Of a DNA stretch of 64,000 nt, positions 9,081 to 19,236 are shown one piece after another (the stretch's first letter is position 1; every line of letters begins with the position of its first letter). The stretch comes from a virus (Duplodnaviria; Caudoviricetes): positions 2,497-66,496 of the IMG/VR virus record IMGVR_UViG_3300028887_000117; one strand, 5' to 3'. The translations under genes were made by a program, and so were the position numbers. The notes beneath the pieces are model-generated. The model did no database searches, was not told the origin of the DNA, and saw only the letters and a program-made list of their open reading frames with translations.

Positions 9081-9794
9081 ATGATGAAGTTTAATAAGAA
9101 AGATGTAATGGAATTTGTTAGAGAAGCATTGGGAGATAATGCAACTGAAGTTTTAATAGATAGATATACAATAGATGAATGTGATAATCCTTATGATTTT
9201 CCTATTTTTCTTGATAGAGATTGTAAACTTCCTTTATCTTTTAGTGAGGAAGAAGACTTTTACATAGAGAGTGGTTGTAGTAAACTTGTTATTGTCCCTA
9301 AAAATAGAAGTTATGTTATTAAAATCCCTTGGACAGGAGTATATACTAATACTGATGAATACGGAGAGAATGTTGAAGATACTTTTGATTATGAACTTAG
9401 TTATTCTCCTATGGAAGAGGAAATTAATTACTATAATGACGTAGATGAAGATACTCGACAGTATCTTGCAGAGAACGAATTTGTTGGACTTTATAATGAC
9501 AATATTCCTGTATATGTACAGAAAAAAATTAAGCATCTCGGTTGGGGTGCGGCAACTAACACTAGTGTAAGTAACAAGTTTTCTACAAAAGCCAATGTTT
9601 ATAGTCTTGGTATAAAGATTGCGAAGATGATTGTTGAGCAACTCGGATATGATGAGGGTTTTAGAGTTGTTAGAGAACTTGACAGTATTGATGATTTGCA
9701 TAATGGAAATTACGGTTTTGATAAGTATGGGCAGTTTAAAATAATTGATTATGCAGGTTTTAATACTGAGAATTATTTTGCATATAATAATTGA
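9081..9794 (+). CDS. protein-kinase-like fold protein
   Basis: GCSKLV, VIKIP, DDLHNGNYG, IIDYAG motifs. Confidence 0.65.
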   Translation: MMKFNKKDVMEFVREALGDNATEVLIDRYTIDECDNPYDFPIFLDRDCKLPLSFSEEEDFYIESGCSKLVIVPKNRSYVIKIPWTGVYTNTDEYGENVEDTFDYELSYSPMEEEINYYNDVDEDTRQYLAENEFVGLYNDNIPVYVQKKIKHLGWGAATNTSVSNKFSTKANVYSLGIKIAKMIVEQLGYDEGFRVVRELDSIDDLHNGNYGFDKYGQFKIIDYAGFNTENYFAYNN

Positions 9795-9918
9795 TTACGT
9801 AGACGCCTACGGCGGGTGCCGCCCTCGTTACCAATTCCCCCTACATAGGATATGGTTATGGCGTGACAAAAGCTGGGTGGCGGCAGAAAAGCGTAAGCAG
9901 AAAGGTTGAGGAATAGTT

Positions 9919-10224
9919 ATGAAGAAATTTAAAAGAGCTTCTCGCTCTGACCACAAACACGAATATGAAAAAATCTTAGTTCGTCATATGCTTACTATTG
10001 GTGAGAAGCATTTCTTCTATTTCTACCTCTATGATAGATGTACTATATGTGGGAAGATTACTGGAGGAATTGATGCAAGTCACGAGATTATCAAGAACGC
10101 TACTGGTTATCGAATGTCTTCTCATATACCAGATAAAATCGTTCTTGAAACTTATAAAGATTTAAAACTATTCGACGGGAAAGATAGAAAGCATAAAGAA
10201 AATTGGAAGGAGATTAAGAGATGA
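9919..10224 (+). CDS. hypothetical protein
   Basis: HKHEY...CTICGK metal-binding-like pattern. Confidence 0.6.
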   Translation: MKKFKRASRSDHKHEYEKILVRHMLTIGEKHFFYFYLYDRCTICGKITGGIDASHEIIKNATGYRMSSHIPDKIVLETYKDLKLFDGKDRKHKENWKEIKR

Positions 10225-11240
10225 TTACAAAAAATACTCTAACAGTTTTAAGAGAAATAGTAAATGTTGGCGGAGAAAAGAAATATGAAATGATTAAAAT
10301 AAAAGATAATTTATATCGAATTAAAGCACTTCGAGATTTTGGCGATGTTAAAAAAGGAGATTTAGGAGGATTTATACAAAAAGAAGAAAATCTTTCTCAT
10401 TTTGGCAATTGTTGGGTATATGATAAGGCAACAATTTATGGCAATGCACATATAGGTAACAATGCTAAAGTTAAAGATGATGCGCGTGTGAGTAATTCAG
10501 CGGTAGTTGGGGGGATCGCTATTGTAAGTGAGCGAGCAGTCATTAGAGACCAAGCAGAAGTTCTAGGATGCGCCCGTGTTAGTGGTGGAGCTTGTGTTCG
10601 TAGCAGGGCTTTCGTTGGTGATAATGCAATTGTTGATAGTCTGGCAACGATTAATGAAGATGCTAAAATTGAGGGTAACGCAATAGTAACAAATAGTGCA
10701 TATGTTGGCGGTCGAGCAGTTATTACTGGTAATGCTGTAGTTAAAGATAGTCAGCGTATAGAAGGCAACGCTGTAGTTAACATTGATTTATCTAAAAATT
10801 TAAAAGAAAATATTAGGTGTCAAACAGGTCTTTGTCCTATTGGTGATTATGTTATTGCGTATAAAGAAGTTAATAATGATTTAACTAGTAATTACGATAA
10901 AAATTTTAAATATGAAGTGGGAAAATGGGTAGAGGTAGATTATGAAAATCAATTAAAAATATTTTGGGAACAGAATAGTAACTATTTAGGTCCAACACCT
11001 TCTTCTCTTGAAAAGATGATAGAAATAGATAAAATAGACCCTTGTAGTGTTGGACTTCATTTTTCTAATGCTACTTATTGGAACTCTATAATGTATGATA
11101 GAATTGATGCAAGATTTAAAAAACTACCATCTACAATGCTTATCGCAAGAATTAATCTCGACGATATAATCACTGTTCAAGCAGGTAAAATTCGTTGTAA
11201 AAGAGCCTATATAATGGATAGTTATAAAATGAATTATTGA
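10221..11240 (+). CDS. hexapeptide-repeat (left-handed beta-helix) protein with C-terminal domain
   Basis: YRIKALRDFGDVKKGDLGGFI..E.NLSH.GNCWV followed by A.V.GNA repeats. Confidence 0.8.
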   Translation: MITKNTLTVLREIVNVGGEKKYEMIKIKDNLYRIKALRDFGDVKKGDLGGFIQKEENLSHFGNCWVYDKATIYGNAHIGNNAKVKDDARVSNSAVVGGIAIVSERAVIRDQAEVLGCARVSGGACVRSRAFVGDNAIVDSLATINEDAKIEGNAIVTNSAYVGGRAVITGNAVVKDSQRIEGNAVVNIDLSKNLKENIRCQTGLCPIGDYVIAYKEVNNDLTSNYDKNFKYEVGKWVEVDYENQLKIFWEQNSNYLGPTPSSLEKMIEIDKIDPCSVGLHFSNATYWNSIMYDRIDARFKKLPSTMLIARINLDDIITVQAGKIRCKRAYIMDSYKMNY

Positions 11241-11297
11241 CTTTTTTCTAAATTTTTGCTATAATTATTATAGTAAAATAAAGAGAGGATTGATAAA

Positions 11298-11846
11298 ATG
11301 TACATCTGTCCTGTATGTAATAAAGAATATCCAACTGAGGAAGCAGTAGCTAAATGCTTCCTCCAATGTTGGAAAGAGAATAACCCCGAACACAAGTCTA
11401 AGAACGCTCCACGAACTGAAGATAGAGTAGAGCGTCAATGTACGCAGGAGATAGAAGATTTTTTTAAAGGTTTAGAAGAAAGGAAATAAACTATGGAAGA
11501 AGTAAGAATTAAAACTCATTTAATTATAACCGACATTCACGAAGAATATAAAATTAAATGGTATGGAAAGATAGCTCAAATGAAACCTAAGTTTAAAAAT
11601 AATAAACTTCTTTTTGCTATTGTTGGAGGAAGAGGTCGAGTTGAACTTAACACCAACAATATGAAAGAAATAGAGGAAAGAGCAAAGCGTCTTACTTATC
11701 CTCGTGGAAGAACAGCGATAACCAAAGATAATGCCTATATTTATCTTATCGAAGAAGATAACACCGAGCAAAAGATTGGTACTGTCACTCATTATAAAAT
11801 TAAAACCTATGCGCCTATGTATGATAAGGTTGGATATAGATATTGA
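11298..11846 (+). other. two small hypothetical genes (11298..11489 Zn-finger-like; 11493..11846)
   Basis: ORFs with RBS after promoter at 11238. Confidence 0.6.
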
Positions 11847-11859
11847 AAGGAAGATTTTA

Positions 11860-12390
11860 ATGAAAGTTTTGTTCGTGATAGACGTGCAGAATGACTTTGT
11901 TACAGAACCTCTGGGTACGAAAGAAGCACAAGCTGCTATACCTAATATAGTAAATAAGATTAGAGAGTTTGATGGCTATGTGGTAGTTACAATGGATACT
12001 CATTATGATGACTATCCTAAAACTCTTGAAGGGAAGAAACTCCCTATCCCTCATTGTAAGATGGGAACTGCGGGAAGAAATTTACCAAATGATGTATGGG
12101 AAGTAATTAAGTGTAAAAAAGAATATGCTATTTACTCGAAGAATACTTTTGGAACTTTTGAATACATTAATGAATTAAATTTTATCCACAGAAATGAAGT
12201 TCCTATTCATAAAATTGAAATAGTAGGTTTCTGTACTGATATATGTGTAATATCGAACGCACTTATACTCCGTGCAGCTTTCCCTAATATTCCTATTGAA
12301 GTAGATGCAAAATGTTGTGCAGGAGTTACTCCAGAACTTCACGAAGCGGCACTTAAAGTAATGAAAAGTTGTCAGATTGATGTGATTTAA
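11860..12390 (+). CDS. isochorismatase-family cysteine hydrolase (nicotinamidase-like)
   Basis: VIDVQNDF, TMDTH, HC..GT.G, KNTF, GFCTDICVISNA motifs. Confidence 0.85.
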   Translation: MKVLFVIDVQNDFVTEPLGTKEAQAAIPNIVNKIREFDGYVVVTMDTHYDDYPKTLEGKKLPIPHCKMGTAGRNLPNDVWEVIKCKKEYAIYSKNTFGTFEYINELNFIHRNEVPIHKIEIVGFCTDICVISNALILRAAFPNIPIEVDAKCCAGVTPELHEAALKVMKSCQIDVI

Positions 12391-12539
12391 GCCTTTAAAA
12401 ACTTGACTTTTTAAAAATTTTTTGCTATAATTATTATAGTAAAAAGAAAAGAGGAGGAAGGTAATTATGATGTGGTGGAGAAATTTTAAGATTTGGCTTA
12501 AAAACTTGCTTTACAAGCTAAATCATAAGTAAGAATTAT

Positions 12540-13017
12540 TGGTCGGTTATCCCACCTTACCCATTTGAAAAAGGCGAAAGTCTTTTGCAAGCAAAGTTAA
12601 AAGGGTATCCTTTAAGAAGAGTATTACAATAAGGTTGTTGGAGGGGATTTCCAATGTACTAGTTTCTACTCTTGGGTTTCACATCGCAGGCGTGTCTTTA
12701 ATTCCTTGAAAAAGTAAAATGCACTGTATGCGTGGTCGGTTATATTACCTTATCCAAAGGTCGCAAATCTTCCTTAAAAGTTAAAAGATAAACAGTTCTG
12801 GTAGGCAATTTCGATTGCACACTTACCAGCCATTTGTGGTCGGTTATTCTACCTTACCCCACCAAAAGTTAAAAGGAATATTGAACAGAGCCTAGCACAC
12901 CTCTTCTTCGCTTGAATTAGCATAGCTAATTTGTTTCCACTTGCGCTCAATGTGTCCCACGCTAGACCAATGGGTCGGTGGTTGAAGCACCTTTTCCGTG
13001 AAAGTTAAAAAACTATC
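12540..13017 (+). ncRNA. non-coding RNA with four copies of a structured motif
   Basis: GGTCGG..ACCTT..AAAGTTAAAA repeated at 12541, 12734, 12838, 12973 with covarying stem. Confidence 0.65.
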
Positions 13018-13191
13018 TAACCTTTCGGTTTTGGAAGTCCCTCAAAGGTAAAAGAGTTTAAAACTTCCGTTTTATCTTGATTTTGAAAGTTTTGCAAGAT
13101 ACTACGAGATACAAAATTTTTATTAATTGAATTGCCCCGAAACTCTGCGGAGTGAGGGTAAAAGAGCTGGACGAGTCTGACTCTTTTTAAT

Positions 13192-13303
13192 AACTCTGAG
13201 GTAGTAAATTTCGTGAGGACTACAACCCGAGTGGACGACAAGGAATACAGGTAGCTCCTGTATTGCCTGAGAGATGTGGGAGATACTTACGCCCACCAGA
13301 GTT
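13192..13303 (+). ncRNA. candidate multi-branch structured RNA
   Basis: AACTCTG/CAGAGTT closing helix with three internal hairpins, upstream of terminator. Confidence 0.45.
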
Positions 13304-13405
13304 AAGAAAATTGAGGGGATGTTCCCCTCTTTTCTTTTATTTATTTGACTTTTTTAAAATTTTATAATATAATTATTATAGAAAAAGAAAAGGAGAGGAT
13401 AATAA

Positions 13406-13708
13406 TTGAAAGATTTTGAGAAATGGTTGGAAAGAGAAAAGAAAAATGATAGAAAGGAGTTTATTATTGGTTGGTTTGTTATACCAATAATTTTTATTAC
13501 TGTTGTAGTCTCACTTGCTATTATAATTACTAATATTCATTTTTCTAATCAAAAGAAAGATTATTATTCTCATAAAGCAATAGTAATTGATAATATAGAA
13601 TATAAAGTAGGAGATACCGAATTTATATCCGATGATAAAACAGGATTAATTATTAAGCTTCCTAATGGGGATGAAATACACACTAACAATTATAAATTTA
13701 AAAATTGA
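13406..13708 (+). CDS. single-TM hypothetical protein
   Basis: hydrophobic segment, RBS, own promoter. Confidence 0.6.
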   Translation: MKDFEKWLEREKKNDRKEFIIGWFVIPIIFITVVVSLAIIITNIHFSNQKKDYYSHKAIVIDNIEYKVGDTEFISDDKTGLIIKLPNGDEIHTNNYKFKN

Positions 13709-13908
13709 ATATTGTTTTAATTAAGAATTATTTAAAGCAATACTTAAAAAAATAAATCGGCTCTTTTGAGTACCCCAATCTTTTTATTTTAGTATTGAAT
13801 TGTAAAGACATTATCTTAATTCGTAGAAAAGTTAAAGGTTTAAAATCTTTGACTTTTTTATTTTTTTATGTTATAATATTTATAGAAAATAAAGAAAGGA
13901 GATTTAAT

Positions 13909-15606
13909 ATGGGTATATTTGGAAAGAAGAAAAAGGAGATTATTTTTAAGTGTAAGTGCGGCAATACTGTAACAACAACAAAGTATGACATTGAAGAGTC
14001 TTATGATACTATACTCCGTATAAATCATATTACTTATAGTGCGAAATGTAATAAGTGTAAGGAAATTATATATAAATATGAGACAGTGAGGGATTGATAT
14101 GGGATATAAGAAAATACCAGACGGATTTAGTTTTAGCACAGAATTTGATACATACATATTAGCATATTGTCCTGATGATTGCACTTGGTTTGCTACAAAT
14201 AAACGATTCTTTTATTTTGAATATGATAAAGAGTTTAAAACCGAAGAAGAGGCGGTTGCATATTTTGAAAATAATTTAAAAGAGTTTTATGATATTGAAT
14301 TAAAAATATGTGGTTATAGACCAAATTTTGCAAAAGATAAAATTTGTTTATTAAGAACAAAACCAGTAGGAAAAGAATTATTATCTTATACTGAGTATGA
14401 TATGAAACTAACACTTCACGGTTATTGGGAAGATTGCTCTAATGGCTGGATGTGTAGTGTATGCAATAGAGATAATAGATATGATGAAGATATATGTCCT
14501 AATTGTGGCGCAATTATGGACTTGAAGTACGAGGAGGAAGAAGAGTGAAGAAGATAATTAAAGAAATAAAAACTTTTACTTGTAATCAATGTCATACAAA
14601 ATTTGAAAGTGATGAATTTAAAACACATATAGATACTCTTGACGGGTGTGATATTTATAAATATATAGACACCTGTCCTAAGTGTAATAATACTGTAATA
14701 ATATCTGATTACTCTAATTATGTTCCTGTTTTCCCGCCACCTAAACAAATGCCAATGTATTAAGGAGAGAGTAGAATGAAGAATATAATAATACGAGGTA
14801 AGAAGCTCGACCCACCACAAGAACTCTTTACTTGCGACCATTGTGGCTGTTTTTTTGAAACAGATGAATATTGTCTTTTAAAGAAGCCTAGTGAATTTAC
14901 TTTCGATGCAATAAATTATTTTGAAACAACTTGTCCTCAATGTGGAAAAGATGTTCGTAGACACGGGTATTCCCACGAGAACATAAGGGAGATAAGATAT
15001 GAACCATAAAGAGATTTTCCTTAAACCCAAATACGCATATACAAGTAATGGAAAGACTTGGTATGCGTGTCCGAAGTGCGGGCATTTAATTGCTTACCTT
15101 GTGCCGCACTGCAATAATTGTAGAACTAAAATGAAATGGAGTGAAAAGAAATGAATTTGACTTTTTGTGAACTTGTTGAAGGACTTACTATTTTACTTGA
15201 ACGACATCCAGAGCTTGCAGATAAAGAAGTTACACACGCTAGTGAATGTGGATATAGTGCATCAGGTTTTGAAAGACCTCTTTGCCTTGCAGTTCCTATA
15301 ATGACAGAGGAGTTTGCAGATGAAGGAAATTATATAAGAATATGTTCTGATGATGACGGATATAGGACTAATAGAGCTATTAAAGATTGGAAATTTATAT
15401 ATCTTTGATAAGGAGGATAACAAATGACACACGATGAGTATGCAAGAGAACTTTACCAGAAAGAGAAAGATAATACCACACCAGTAGTAGAAGCAGCAAA
15501 TCATTATTATTGCGGATACTGCGAGATAATTATTGATAGATATAAGGCAAACTATTGCTACAACTGTGGAAAAAAACTTGATTGGAATAAAGTAGTAAAG
15601 GATTAA
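13909..15606 (+). other. operon of small mostly CxxC-CxxC Zn-ribbon genes (13909..14097, 14099..14548, 14545..14763, 14776..15009, 14999..15154, 15151..15408, 15424..15606)
   Basis: coupled ORFs; 14545 and 14776 are paralogous (FTC..C...FE.DE.....TCP.C...V). Confidence 0.7.
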
Positions 15607-15623
15607 AGAAAGGAGATTTAGTA

Positions 15624-16715
15624 ATGCTTGCACTGCAAGATTTTATAATGAAGAATGAGGATTGGAAAGAAAAACTTTCTAACCCTCCTTATTCGCTTAT
15701 AATAAAAGAAAAGGATAATCTTGTCCTTTTTAAATATACTCAGGGAGTATCTGATTTTAATGAGCCTATATGTAATGAAGCGCGTGGAATAATACTTGAA
15801 AAGGGAACTTGGAAAGTAGTAAGAATAGCGTTCAATAAGTTCTTTAATCTTGGTGAAGAGCACGCGGCAGATATAGATTGGGAAACTGCGGTAGCAACTG
15901 AAAAGATGGATGGTTCGCTTATATCTTTCTATTGGTACAATGGAGAGTGGAGAGTTGCTACTAATGGTTGTATAGATGCTGAAGATGCGCCTTGTGACGG
16001 AGCATTTAAGACTTTTAAGGATTTGATAGATAGAGCATTGGAAGATAATCCTATTAACTTTAATAGCCTTAATAAAAATATAACTTATACTTTTGAACTT
16101 TGCACTCCTCATAATCAGCAGGTTGTTGAGTATAAAGATTTTAAACTTTATTTCTTGCTTGCAAGAGATAACCGTACTCTTGAAGAATATATAGATTTTA
16201 AGATTGCGTGGTTGAATGGTTTTGAAATGCCTAAGCTATATCCTATTAAGGGTAATAAGGAAGATTTTAAAAAATTTGTTGAAACTTTTGGCGATGATAA
16301 AGAAGGCATTGTTGTAAAAGACTCTGGTTTTAATAGAGTTAAGATAAAGACTGAAACTTACTTCCAACTTCACCACTGGTTGAACAATGGTAATGTAGGT
16401 AGAAAGAGAATATTTGAACTTTTAGAAACAGGAGAAGATAGCGAGTTTTTAGCTTATTTTCCAAGATATAAAGATGCTTTTAATAATATGAAGAAGGAAA
16501 TTGAAAATGCTAAATATAAGATAGAAATTGTAGAAAAGTTTGTTGCAAGATGGAAAGACAGACATCCTGACGGTACTAAGAAACAGTTTAGTGAGTTTGT
16601 TAATCTAACAACTGAGAAATATCAGTTCTATTTTTATAGAGCATATGATTATGGAAAGATTGAACCGCCAGAAGATATTAATATGCGTATGAAGTTTTAT
16701 AAAATTGAACCGTAA
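15624..16715 (+). CDS. T4 Rnl1-like RNA ligase
   Basis: EARGII, AFNKFFN, TEKMDGSLI, EGIVV, VKIKT nucleotidyltransferase motifs. Confidence 0.85.
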   Translation: MLALQDFIMKNEDWKEKLSNPPYSLIIKEKDNLVLFKYTQGVSDFNEPICNEARGIILEKGTWKVVRIAFNKFFNLGEEHAADIDWETAVATEKMDGSLISFYWYNGEWRVATNGCIDAEDAPCDGAFKTFKDLIDRALEDNPINFNSLNKNITYTFELCTPHNQQVVEYKDFKLYFLLARDNRTLEEYIDFKIAWLNGFEMPKLYPIKGNKEDFKKFVETFGDDKEGIVVKDSGFNRVKIKTETYFQLHHWLNNGNVGRKRIFELLETGEDSEFLAYFPRYKDAFNNMKKEIENAKYKIEIVEKFVARWKDRHPDGTKKQFSEFVNLTTEKYQFYFYRAYDYGKIEPPEDINMRMKFYKIEP

Positions 16716-16830
16716 CGTTGTCGCTCCGCGGGGCCGCACCTTCTATATGAAAGGGGAATTGATGCTGTCGGCGACCCTCGCTGGAAGCGTCAAGGTAAAC
16801 AGATCAGCGACGCGAAGGAGGATTAGAATA

Positions 16831-17863
16831 GTGGTAGGAATAGTAATATTAATTATATTTTCACTTGTTTTTATAGGAGTGGGATTGGGATTAATGGTAT
16901 CTGGTTCACAAAGTATGAAAGTATTTATTAAAAAATCAATTATAGGTACTATTCTTATAGCATTAGGCATTACAGGAATAGTTATTGATAATGCTTGTTA
17001 TACAGAAAAAGATACGGGTTATAAAGTAGTTGATGTTGAGTATCTCAAATATAATGATGTAAGATTAACATTAAAAAAAGATGGAAAAACTTTTTGGATA
17101 ATAATGGATAAAGATGAATATAGTGGAGAAGATACTATTGGTCTTAGTAAAAGAGATTTAGCAAAATACAAAAATACTAAGGAGGATTAAAGTAATGTTA
17201 TGGATAATATTATCTATGTTTTTCTCCGTATTTGATGATGAAGAAGAGGAAGAAGAGGAGGACTAAAATGGAAGAGTTCGAAGCTAAATATATGGAAGAG
17301 GAGATAGTAGTTAGAGTTACAAGAGCAAGTGATTATACTTATAGCGAATACTACAGAATTAGTATATTTTCATTAGGTTCTCTTTTAAACCACTTAAAAA
17401 AGAGATACAAAGAAGATTGGTTCGTAGTAAATTTAAACGATAATAAAAATGATATATGTGATTATAATGTTAAAGTCGTAATCTATGACGCTCATATAGA
17501 GAAAGGATGATTAGAATGGGAACATTGTTTTTAGTTTTTGGTACAGCTGTTTGTATAGTAGGTATTGTGGGAATGATTTTCTCTATTACTGATAGAGATA
17601 CCAGTTTTATTGTCGAGGCAACTCTTATGACCATTGTTGGAGTTCTTTTAATCATTGGTTCATTTTCATCAGGAACAAAACAAGAGTATGAAGTTACTCA
17701 TGTTGAACACTTAGAGCAGGATGATGTAAGGGTTACTATTAAAAGAGACGGGGTAAGCTTCTGGATAATAATGAATGAGGAAGATTACAATAACGAAACA
17801 ACTTTAAATTTAAGTCAAGACGAAATAAGCGATTATCCTAACTCGAAGAATAAAAATGTTTGA
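16831..17863 (+). other. paralogous 2-TM membrane genes (16831..17190, 17507..17863) flanking hypothetical 17232..17510
   Basis: shared V..VE.L...DVR.T.K.DG..FWIIM C-terminal domain; GTG start after AGGAGG at 16831. Confidence 0.65.
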
Positions 17864-17911
17864 CTTTTCTTTAAATTTATAGTATAATATTATAAAGAAA
17901 GGGGAATTAAA

Positions 17912-18172
17912 ATGGAAGTTATTAGTAAATTTTCTCACCCTGAACATATGAAAGAGATTATAAACTATCTTAATGAAAAAGATTGGGTAATAAATTGTAA
18001 TTTAGAAGTATTAGAAAAGTTATGGTATGTTTATTCTGAGACGCATGGCGCGTCTTGGTTATATCCAAATAAATATCTTATAGAAGATTTTATTAAATAT
18101 ATTAAATGGATAGATATAAAAGATGCGGAGAAAATGGACTATTATGGAAATATAATAGGGAAGGAGGATTAA
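17912..18172 (+). CDS. hypothetical protein
   Basis: own promoter and RBS. Confidence 0.6.
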   Translation: MEVISKFSHPEHMKEIINYLNEKDWVINCNLEVLEKLWYVYSETHGASWLYPNKYLIEDFIKYIKWIDIKDAEKMDYYGNIIGKED

Positions 18173-18173
18173 A

Positions 18174-19148
18174 ATGAAGATAATAAATCCAGCATTTTGG
18201 AAACAGCTTCAGGATATAAACGATACAGTAAGAGCAATAAAATCTCCACTGTTGATAGTAATGGTTGGACTCCCTGGAAGTGGGAAAAGCTTCGTTGCAA
18301 AACAGCTCGCAGAAGTTAATGATGATATATCTATTGTTTCCTCTGATGCTATAAGAGAAGAGTTCTATGGCGATGCTAATGACCAGTCTCACAATGATAA
18401 GGTCTTTCAGGTTGTCAATAAAAGAATTAAAGAAGGTCTTATAGCAGAAAAGAAAGTTATTCTTGATGCGACAAATATATCTAAAAAGAGAAGAAAGACT
18501 CTTCTTAGAGATTTAAAATATCCTAAATCAATGGCAATAGTAATGGCAGTTCCAGAATATATCTGCAAAAAGAGAGATGAAGAAAGAGACCGTCACGTAG
18601 GTCCTGATGTTATCAATAGAATGATAAAGAATTGGTGTCCTCCTCATTACACGGAAGGCTTTGATTTTATTTCTATTATTTATGATTATGACAATAGTGC
18701 TAATTTTTATAATCCTGTCCTTGCTCTTGAGAGCGCAGTACAGATAAACCACGATAACCCTCATCATTCTCTTTCAATAGGTGAACATATGCTTAAAGCA
18801 GGAGAGCTTATACAGGAAGAGTTTAAAGCAGGTTGTCCTTTCTATCTTTATGCCGCTGCTCTCCTTCATGATATAGGTAAGCCCTACGTTAAGTCTTATG
18901 GTGAAGATGGTGTAGCTCATTACTACAACCATCAGAACTACGGAAGCTATTTAGGTTTATTTTATGCAGATTATATGAAATTTAGTTTAGAGGAGGCTCT
19001 TGACTTTATCAATATAATCTACTACCATATGGAGCCGCTGTTGTCTTGGAAGAGAAGTGAGAAAGCGCACGCAAAAGCAATAGAAGAACTCGGACATCTT
19101 TATAATGATATAATGGCAGTACATTCAGTCGATATAAAAGCTCATTAA
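18174..19148 (+). CDS. polynucleotide kinase (AAA_33 P-loop) fused to HD domain
   Basis: GLPGSGKS, SSDAIR, ILDATN; HH...EH and LLHDIGK HD motif. Confidence 0.85.
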   Translation: MKIINPAFWKQLQDINDTVRAIKSPLLIVMVGLPGSGKSFVAKQLAEVNDDISIVSSDAIREEFYGDANDQSHNDKVFQVVNKRIKEGLIAEKKVILDATNISKKRRKTLLRDLKYPKSMAIVMAVPEYICKKRDEERDRHVGPDVINRMIKNWCPPHYTEGFDFISIIYDYDNSANFYNPVLALESAVQINHDNPHHSLSIGEHMLKAGELIQEEFKAGCPFYLYAAALLHDIGKPYVKSYGEDGVAHYYNHQNYGSYLGLFYADYMKFSLEEALDFINIIYYHMEPLLSWKRSEKAHAKAIEELGHLYNDIMAVHSVDIKAH

Positions 19149-19236
19149 GGTCTATAAGATTTTATAGACCTATTTTTTTTATTGACTTTTTTAAAAATTT
19201 TTGTTATAATATATATAGAAAAGTTAGAAAGGAGTT

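Noticed and set aside
16705-16830. N-terminal 42 codons of track ORF 16705..17190
   Set aside because: This is the GC-rich dispersed repeat; AGGAGG RBS points to GTG at 16831
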